From: Trichoplax adhaerens
Lineage: Eukaryota > Animalia > Placozoa
DNA: 18,271 bases
Direction of reading: 5' to 3'
NCBI RefSeq assembly: GCF_000150275.1
Contig: NW_002060946.1
Coordinates: 10,971 to 29,241, forward strand
In this document: positions 1-8,510 of the stretch, in pieces
How positions within the stretch are numbered: position 1 is the first letter of the stretch
Layout: every line of letters starts with the position of its first letter
Program-made: the position numbers and the translations under genes
Notes under the pieces: model-generated
What the model was told of the DNA's origin: nothing
Seen by the model: only the letters and a program-made list of their open reading frames with translations
Database searches by the model: none

Positions 1-1649
1 AAAAAAAAATGCGTCCTTAAAAAAATCTCGNCTTTTAATATATACTATTTAGCGCTACCGCAGGTACAAAAACAGTCAATCACTTGTGCACAAGAATCGA
101 TCATTGTCGATTCTAGGTAAAAAATTCTAACCATTGAAATAACTATACTAGGTAGTGATATAAATATAATATAGCACTATTTGCTTTAAACTCAGCTAGA
201 AATAAATGACTAATCATAAATTTTATTATTAATTAATTACTTCGTAGAATTGTACTCAAGCATCCATGGTCCTTTAATGGCAACTGGAAACTATATCGGA
301 AAATATGAAATTTCCTTCTTAACAAATGGGCCTACGTATAAACTAATTTATTACATTTCATTAGAGAATATGGTCTCGAAAATAATTAGTAAAGAAGAAA
401 ATATTAAATTCCGGTTGTTATGTGTGTTATACATATAGCAGTAAAGAATAAATATGTATGATAATAATACTGATACTACTTTTTAAAATATTTAGGTGCA
501 TTGTAAAAATTTGCAATTAACTCAAGACATTTTGTCGTCAAAATTTTTGATGATTAGAATTTTATATCAATGCAATAGTTTTTTGTGGCTAACATGACAA
601 AGTGTTCAATCTTAGAAAACAATTGAATATATACAATTTACTAACCTAAAGTAAAGAACAATATATATCATATTATAATTCTTTTGAAAGGCTATTATAC
701 CGCTTGCACTTTATGAAATATAGCAGTAAGTAAAGTATTGATACTAGATCTTATATTGAGTTTTATAGTTGCTACAGCAATACAAATAAGAATTCGTAAA
801 ATTTACACTATGTCGTAGTAAAAGATGACTTATATACAGTAGGAATGCAAAGAATATGTAAAGTAGTTCTTTATTATTTTAGCAACATATGCTACGTAAA
901 GGTACTGTATCAACTGCTATTCCATAGCTAAAACGATCTTCTTAATGTTGTAATATAACTATTAATGGCGATAGTATCATGGAAATAAAATTTAATAGCA
1001 AAAGAAATTAAATCAGAAATTAATGACATAAACTTTCTTTCATCGAATGAAATTTTGGTCTATATTAGTTTCTTGGTGACGAATCCTATCCTCTCTATTG
1101 CATTCACAACTTTCATAACTTCTATTCTTCGGTAAATTTGATAATTAATGGTTACAGATCGCCAGAGTGTAACTGAAATTTTTTTAATTTAAAGTAATTA
1201 ATGTTTATTGACTTCAATTTTGGGAAATTAATAACCAATTCAATAAAGGAGATCATTATTATTTAACTATTTTCCTCACAGGACGTTTATTACTTGAACA
1301 AACGACCTGATCATAGAAAAGAAGATGCTCATCAAATAATACCGATTCGTAAGGCTTATATCTGAAAAAGAATCTATAGAATCAACACATAATAGATATT
1401 TAGCAGTTAATTATCTGGTCAATACATTATTATAGGCTATTTTAAAATAATCATTATAAATCTATTTCAATCATCGTAATATTCATAAACCTATTTATAC
1501 TTTAAGTGTATTAGAACATCCTTTATTACTTATATGATATCATAAGTACAGCTATAAAGAGCGCCATCGAAGTGAACCTGATTCAGTATATTAAAGATTC
1601 AGCTACATTCATATTAATACTAGACATCTAGCAGTCCACATATTTAATC

Positions 1650-2708
1650 ATGCCTTTCTCGTTCCTACAAGATCATCACGCAGCTCGAATCATTGCCTGG
1701 TCTATTGGCATATTCGGTGTTTTAAGCAATCTTGCAATTTTATGGCGTAACAATAAATATAAATTCGTTAAAACTTTTAATAGCAATCCATTGGATAATC
1801 GCCGTAATCAACCTGCAAAGAAAGTGTCTACGATTATTAATTATTTAATCTGTCACTTGGCAACTGCTGATCTCCTAGGCGCCTCTTATCTAATTATTAT
1901 TGCTTCTGCTGATCTTTACTATGGCTATCATCATCCAAATATGTTTCAAAATCCTAGTCCTGGAAATAGTACGAATCTCTGGCTTCTTAGTCCTTTTTGT
2001 CATCTTAGTCGTTTCTTAATTTTCTGTACTTCTATAGTATCTATTCTGATAACATTTGTGATTGCAATAGATCGCTTTATTACTGTTATTTTCCTCCGTT
2101 ATAGATTACGATTAAATATCTTTCGTTGTCAAATGATCATTTTAGCATGTTGGCTTTTCAGTATAGGCTATGCTCTCATTTCAACTATCCGTAATATTAT
2201 TGTAATGCACCCGGTATCGAAGTATCGATTTGATATGGTTTCGAATCTTTGCCTATATCTCGATGTAGTACCATATTACTCCGCAGCTTACATCCTATCC
2301 AGGCAAATTATTTACTTTACGTTAATCGGACTGATTGCAATGATGTATCTATTAATTATAATTTATATTAAAGCTAGAGGACGCAATTTAGGATCTCGAA
2401 GGAACAGAGTTGAAAAAAGGATATTTCTTATTATGATCATTATAACTATCTCCAATATTTGCAGTCTCCTACCTTCATTCCTTGTGTTTACGCTAGCCCG
2501 AGATGAATCTTCCTTGGTCGCTATTCAATCTTTTCAGCGTACTTTCACAATATTCATAGTTGCTGTATTCGCAAATACTGCAATCAATCCAATTGTATAT
2601 TTTGCATTAACCACTTCAATTAAAAATAGAGCCCCTTTCTTGAGGTTTAGTACTAAAAAAAATAAGGTAAGACCTGTAAATAAACCCGAAAATTTCAAGC
2701 CAAAATGA
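1650..2708 (+). CDS. Intronless class A 7TM GPCR, LGR/GRL101-like transmembrane domain without LRR ectodomain (352 aa)
   Basis: Seven hydrophobic segments with class A motifs: TM1 GVLSN, TM2 HLATADLLGASYLIIIASAD (close to the LGR NLAxADxxMGxYLxxIASxD signature), ECL1 Trp plus TM3 Cys, TM3 IAIDRF, TM4 CW, ECL2 Cys (NLCLY), TM5 Tyr, TM6 NICSLLP, TM7 NTAINPIVY. ATG is in AATCATG context, with an in-frame TAG at 1629-1631 upstream. Confidence 0.93.
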   Translation: MPFSFLQDHHAARIIAWSIGIFGVLSNLAILWRNNKYKFVKTFNSNPLDNRRNQPAKKVSTIINYLICHLATADLLGASYLIIIASADLYYGYHHPNMFQNPSPGNSTNLWLLSPFCHLSRFLIFCTSIVSILITFVIAIDRFITVIFLRYRLRLNIFRCQMIILACWLFSIGYALISTIRNIIVMHPVSKYRFDMVSNLCLYLDVVPYYSAAYILSRQIIYFTLIGLIAMMYLLIIIYIKARGRNLGSRRNRVEKRIFLIMIIITISNICSLLPSFLVFTLARDESSLVAIQSFQRTFTIFIVAVFANTAINPIVYFALTTSIKNRAPFLRFSTKKNKVRPVNKPENFKPK

Positions 2709-2840
2709 AATATTTCAGCTATATGCCATCGTTTCTTGATGTACACCAAGTTCTATATTAATATTCAATATGTTAATTTATAACTGGCATGGAATTTTAC
2801 AGATGATTTACAATGCTGTGCAATCTTTGGAGCAACTGCA

Positions 2841-2846
2841 AATAAA
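2841..2846 (+). promoter_or_regulatory. Candidate polyadenylation signal of the first GPCR
   Basis: AATAAA 133 nt after the stop. The second intact gene has one at a similar distance. The motif is common in AT-rich DNA. Confidence 0.3.
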
Positions 2847-5800
2847 CAATTATCGTATTTCTGTATGCAGGATTGTTAGTTCTAACTGTATTTATCTACG
2901 TTCTTGTTTCGCTAACATTTTTTTAGTACTTGAGACTATATCTTGCAGTGTATATAGATATTAAACTATAAATGAAACAGCCCAGTATTAAGAGACTTTG
3001 AAATACGTTGCTAAGAATTATGGAATGTACTAAGTAATCATTATTAATTTTAATAATTAGGTTTCATGGTTGTTGCTATGTTTTCTTGATATTATCTTTA
3101 AGCAATTATTCCAATAGCATAATATCATAAGTTTTCTGCCAGTATTTATTATCATTCTAAGATAATTTCCAATAGTATACAGTACCAATGAGTTCGTAAG
3201 TACTTATCAAAATGCTAATCTGTGATTATTTATAATTGTCAAGGGTGTAAGGAAGTTGACTTAATTATTCAAGTTGGTCCCTGATATACGTATTGTGTCT
3301 TATATTACCAATAAACTTTACGGAGGCTTAAAATTCAAAAATATTGACAATCAACAGTATAGATCGTTACTTTAATACTTTGCAACTTAAAAATTGTTCT
3401 TTCTGAAATATTTGATAGTTTTGTCATTAGCGCTATCGAATTTTTTTGCTGAACATCCAATGGTCTACGTCTCCTTTTATTCACCAATCTCAAGTAGAAC
3501 TTTCTAGAGAATTTCTATTAGAAGTACCTGCTTCAGTCATACTCTAAAGGGACTATTGTAATTGCAATAGTCAGAGATTAAAATATTGTTCTGGTATAAA
3601 TTTTAACTTAGTTATTGATAAATGGCCATTGATAAGTTAATACTGCAGTCATACTGTCTATAATAATATGCTGTTACATCTCCAAAATACCGATTCTACG
3701 CTGATCAAATACTTGTTATTTTAAAGCTCCTAAGGTTATTGAAGAATTTATTATAATCCTGCTTAAGCCATCTTAGAATTTTAGAGCCTTAACATACTAG
3801 TATTATTCTAAATTGAAAGCAATTAAACACATGGCGTAAAAAGCGGCATACACTAAAAGAATTTAGAATAAGATCTTAGAACATTAACTCATTTCTCGTT
3901 CCAGTCAGGTAATAATTTGGTTGTAATAAAATTGAAAGCAGCTGGTTTTAAAATGATACACCTGTTTTGGCCTACTTAGGAAATTTACTGTGCCATTGAT
4001 AGGAAATTTCCTGCCGTAGTAATAAACAAAATTTTGTGTTATTACTCCGAATGAAACGGTGTACATATTTTATCTGATTAATTAAGTATATTATAGTTTT
4101 TCGTCGATATCGAAGGTAGCTTAAATTACAATTCACAAGCGGTTCATAATGTTTGACATATATGAATAACCTCATCCGTAAATCTCTAACATTAATAGCA
4201 GAAATTACTCAGTCTTTGGAATATTGGTGTTGAAGTAAGCCTGAATTAAAATGAATGCCAAAGCCAGTTACTTTCATCAACATATAGGATATAATTAAGG
4301 TCTCTTTTAAATCCAAATACAGTTTCCTATTTATATTATCTATCATTTCTTAGCTTCCTACTTCACAATCACTACACATCTGAATGAATAAATAACAAAG
4401 TACCCTAATGTACTTCTAGATGATAATGCTATTCAAAGTACAAACTCCGGTTGTAACATAGAATAACAAAAAGAAAATATTTTCATAAATTATATCATGG
4501 TCGGCAGATTTGGCTAATTAATAATCTATTAATGTTTAAATTGGTAAAGTAAATATTCAATTATGTATACAGTACACAATAACCAACGAAAACATCCAAC
4601 AGGTCAAGAAAAAAATATTCTATTACTGTTCCTGTAAAAATTTCTTCATTGATCAACTATCCATCCTAATCATTAAAAAATTAACTTGACGGCTTTGAGC
4701 CCCAATATATGGAAAAGCAATTTCATAAAGGTTTGCTTATAAGCGATTAATGAAGTGTGATATAGTGTACATTAGGTGGCTAACGTCAAATGCATAGTAA
4801 GAGAGTTTAAAATGGTGTTAATTATGTTCTCATCAGGTTTCTTTTTGAGTTCTTTTCTTGACTACTTTAAATATTTATAAATGTCTAGCATTAACTTTAT
4901 TAATTCTACGGTATTCAACCGGAAACAACATTTTTTCCTAAACATACCAACATAAATCGTTTGTTTTTTGCAAAAAATGTTTTTAATTTTAAGAATATTA
5001 TTAAAATTTCTCAACTTTCGTATGAATTAAAATCACCAATTTCTTTCTTCTCTCTTAGTTAGCAGCTAGCTCAATTTAAAAAAGTAAAGGTAGCGCAGAA
5101 AAACAAATAATAATCTTTATTAACACTATCACCACAGTTAAAGCCTCAAGTTACGCAAAATTTTCATCTATTTGTAGTTATTTTTATATATCGCTAACCC
5201 TCTTTTACAAGTACATCAAATATCTATTTATTATATAATTTAAAAAACAATTTAAATTACTTCCAAAGTAATCGTTCATTAATTGATACTAAATACTAAA
5301 CATTTTTGTTTATGGGTATTGAATAATTCAGCCACACCGCAGGCATATTTGAGTACATTGTTCATACAATGAAATAAATTCTAAATTTTCTTCGATCAAT
5401 GCTAAGCAAAACGAGTTCGGTCAGTTGAAATATTTAGAAATTTTTATTCGTCCGTAAAATATCTTACTTTAAGGAATTATCGGCGATTATTGAAAGAACT
5501 AGGTAAAATGTGATAGCGGTACAATCGAGTAGTGGACAATGTCAACTATCCAACTGGTCCTCTATTGTAGCTCTTGTATAATATAAAGCAATGCTATATA
5601 ACTGATTAAAAATTAATAAATACTTAGATAGAAAATAATTGCTTTTACTAAATATTTTTCTTAGTTTTTCTATTACTCATTATTATTTATAACCTTTAGA
5701 CCTTACGTAAGCTGAAGACTTCCACATATTCGCCTAGTCTAATTCTCCTTACAAGCAGCACCTTCATTTAGAGAAAATATACTCATTTTCTTATTATATT

Positions 5801-6249
5801 ACCAATACAACAGTTTGAAACAAGGCAATCGTGCAACATGGAGATCTTTATTAAGCGAGAATAATAGACTAACAGGCTTAAATATAATTTAAAGCAATTC
5901 AAGACTAAAAACATATACCAATCAAATATTAGTAAGATTCCAATTTATTAGTCCAAAAATACCTCTTCTAAAATATTTAAGCTTGATCTATGAACCGTAT
6001 GAAAGTTAGCCACTAGATGGTTTATCAGATACCAATAAATAAGTCATCAAAAAAGCAGCGCTGTAATCAGGGTTGAAGTATTTAAAGCCACATAATACTG
6101 AACAGTGAAGCGTATAGTCATAGCAGTAAACTCGCGCTAATTTGATGTGATTGTTAGTATCGATAACAGTTATTTATTAATGTCTAGAATCTTCGCTTTT
6201 CTTTGATTTTTTGCATCTTGGGCATGATCAAGTTAAATCAATACGTAAT

Positions 6250-7214
6250 AAGTTTATTTTAAACTTATATCAGCATACATCCATTATTTCGGCATAAATT
6301 TTAGGACTAATTGGATTTATAGCCAATGTGGTCTACTCCTAACTGCTACAAAACGTTGTTATATGAATAGTAATGATGCTATTCTTAGCCGCCCTAAATG
6401 CAGACGAGTACATCCAACGGCTCGAATACTACTGATCAATCTAATGATCGTCGATTTTTTGGCGCAGTTTATCTTACCATTGTTGCTATTGCTACTACTG
6501 TTTACAACGTTCATCCTCACATCGGAGGGAATCATTCTCTACTAGATGGGGATGTCAACTGCAGTAATAGTCTTTTTGTCATGTTGTGGGCAATTAATCC
6601 ATTTTGTAGCCTTGCTAGATTCCTTTACTTTCTCTCGATGACTACGTCAATTTTATTAATACTTTTAATAGCGATTGAACGGTACTTGGTATTAATTCGA
6701 TCGCTTCGGTCAACAACAGCAAATGTTAGTGGTTTTAAGATCATTTTAGTATTATGTTGGCTATTTTGTATCGCTAGAGCTCTCTATTCTACAATACGAG
6801 CTCTATTAATTTCACATCTGGTAAAAAATCAGACACAAATCAATTTAATGTTATGCTTACTGGCTGATACTGACATTTGAAATACGATATTTAAATATAC
6901 TTAATGTAAGTATATTTTATGTTGGATTTATCCTGACCGTTATATACAGCATTATTGATCCGGCTACACCAAATTAAAGGCTTAGTTTAATATAATCAAG
7001 TAAAGTCGGAAATACCCTTAGCTAAGACACTCATTTATATAACTCTTAGCAATTTTATATCCATGATTCCAATTACTGTTATCATTATGTGCCACATATA
7101 GCGTTACCTATTATTATGAGTTCAACTTTTATGCACACCAGCCCAATTTATGTCGTATTCATGTATATCATCTCAATAGGCAATCCTCTAATCTATTTAA
7201 AGCCAACAAATTAA
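6250..7214 (+). pseudogene. Frameshifted GPCR pseudogene of the same family
   Basis: All seven TMs are recoverable in order across frames. Frame 1: SIISA*ILGLIGFIANVV (6280-6333; TAA at 6295 replaces the conserved TM1 Trp). Frame 3: LLINLMIVDFL (TM2). After a shift at the T-run 6455-6460, frame 2: GAVYLTIVA...WAINPFCSLARF...IAIERY...CWLF...NLMLC, ending in a stop at 6878-6880. Frame 3: LTVIYSII (TM5, about 6933-6956). Frame 1: ITLSNFISMIP (TM6, 7039-7071). Frame 3: GNPLIY (7179-7196), stop 7212-7214. No intact start codon; the 5' boundary is approximate. Confidence 0.88.
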
Positions 7215-7485
7215 ACGGAAAACATCGATACCAAGCCATTCGTATTAATTTTAAATAACGACAATAACGTATCCTGCATGTTCAGATGCAAAATTTGTAC
7301 GATATTAAATTACTAGCTGGTCTGCTACAACTACTATAGCCACATATAAAACCTATTAATGAATTATGTTTAGCATAGTTTTATATACGTACGCTTATTA
7401 AGTTTACGGCAACTGTATAATAGTCCAGCTAATGTTCTTAAATCTATCACTATTTTAAAATTATCTTCAACAGGCCAATTCCATC

Positions 7486-8510
7486 ATGACTTAGATATCA
7501 TAAAATCAAACACTTTCTCTTTGGCTTTTTCATCCACCTTCATCTTTTATTTCCGTCAGAACTTGTACTCCTAATGACGCACAGTACGAAACACAGTATG
7601 CGTATATTAAAGAATCTTTAAAAATTTTTTAAATTTGTCCTTTGTAGCAATGACTCTTATACTTCATCGCCAGTCAGCTAATCTAATGGAGGTATATTGT
7701 GTTATTATATTGGACATTAGTAATCCTAAAAATTAACGGAGTGTGACAGAGTACAGACTCCGTAAATTAATCGTAGCGTTAGTTTTAGTAACAAAGATTT
7801 TAATAGTTTGTTAATAACCTTTATTTATTAGGTACTCGTTAATGGTAATTTTATTAGTAGTCTAGTCATACTTGTTGTAGACTCTGAGCAGAATAGTGTA
7901 CTTACAGAGGTGACAACTAATATTCACACATAGTAATTTCTGTTACTTTGTTGCGAGCCTTTGATTNNNNNNNNNNNNNNNNNNNNNNNNNNNNNNNNNN
8001 NNNNNNNNNNNNNNNNNNNNNNNNNNNNNNNNNNNNNNNNNNNNNNNNNNNNNNNNNNNNNNNNNNNNNNNNNNNNNNNNNNNNCNGGATAAAAATCACG
8101 TGTATGCTGACATTTAAATTTACCAGAATAATTCTAAAACTATCATTTAACTACATTTTAATACTAAATTATTTTATCATTTGCACTTCAATTAAATTAT
8201 AGAAATTAATACAGTATCATACTCGAATAAGGTCCAATCACATAATTAGATAAAAATAATATAAAAATCTGTTCTTATTATATCATTAGTAGCTAGAATT
8301 TCAGTAATTCGTTACAGTTTTACTCTAAATATTAATAATAATATTTTATTGTCGCCTTTTTGGATTCATAAGCTCAATGCTATCTCGATTAGAAATCACG
8401 ATAGAAAAGTTAAAACCAAAGCCATTTTTGTTGTTACTAGCGTCTATGCTTAACTCCCTCATTGAAATATTCTTGGCTATTTTCTTGAGTAATCTATTTG
8501 ACTAATCTGT
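7486..8510 (+). pseudogene. Possible highly degraded fourth GPCR paralog, interrupted by an assembly gap
   Basis: Fragments occur in the expected order and with roughly expected spacing: ATCATG at 7483-7488; TM2-like LILHRQSANLMEVYCVII (7656-7709); TM3-like SLLITFI (about 7805-7825); TM4-like SHIVISV (7924-7944; paralog SRIVISV); ECL2/TM5-like CMLTFKFTRIILKLSF...NYFIICTSIK (8101-8196); TM6-like IISLVARISVIR (about 8277-8312); TM7-like LNSLIEIFL (8449-8475; paralog INPFIYIFL). Alignment was by eye in AT-rich DNA, so chance matching is not excluded. Confidence 0.4.
7967..8084. other. Assembly gap (118 N)
   Basis: Run of N characters. Confidence 0.99.

Noticed and set aside
250-438. 62-aa ORF
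   Set aside because: Starts at TTG, has AT-rich background composition and no recognisable motif.
2534-2749. Antisense 71-aa ORF
   Set aside because: Shadow of the GPCR coding strand.
3972-4175. 67-aa minus-strand ORF
   Set aside because: No recognisable motif; length is compatible with chance.
2770-4550. Stop-riddled LRR-like periodicity in + frame 1 (e.g. LEQLQINNYRI, FKQLFQ*HNIISFLP, exact LKLLRLLKNLL at 3721-3753, 24-25-codon spacing at 4144-4440), suggesting a decayed LGR ectodomain
   Set aside because: Equally LRR-like strings appear in unrelated stretches (about 540-670, 8750-9680, 12100-12250, 17550-17580), because AT-rich DNA is rich in L/I/F/N codons. A translated LRR HMM search scoring above shuffled controls would be needed to revive it.
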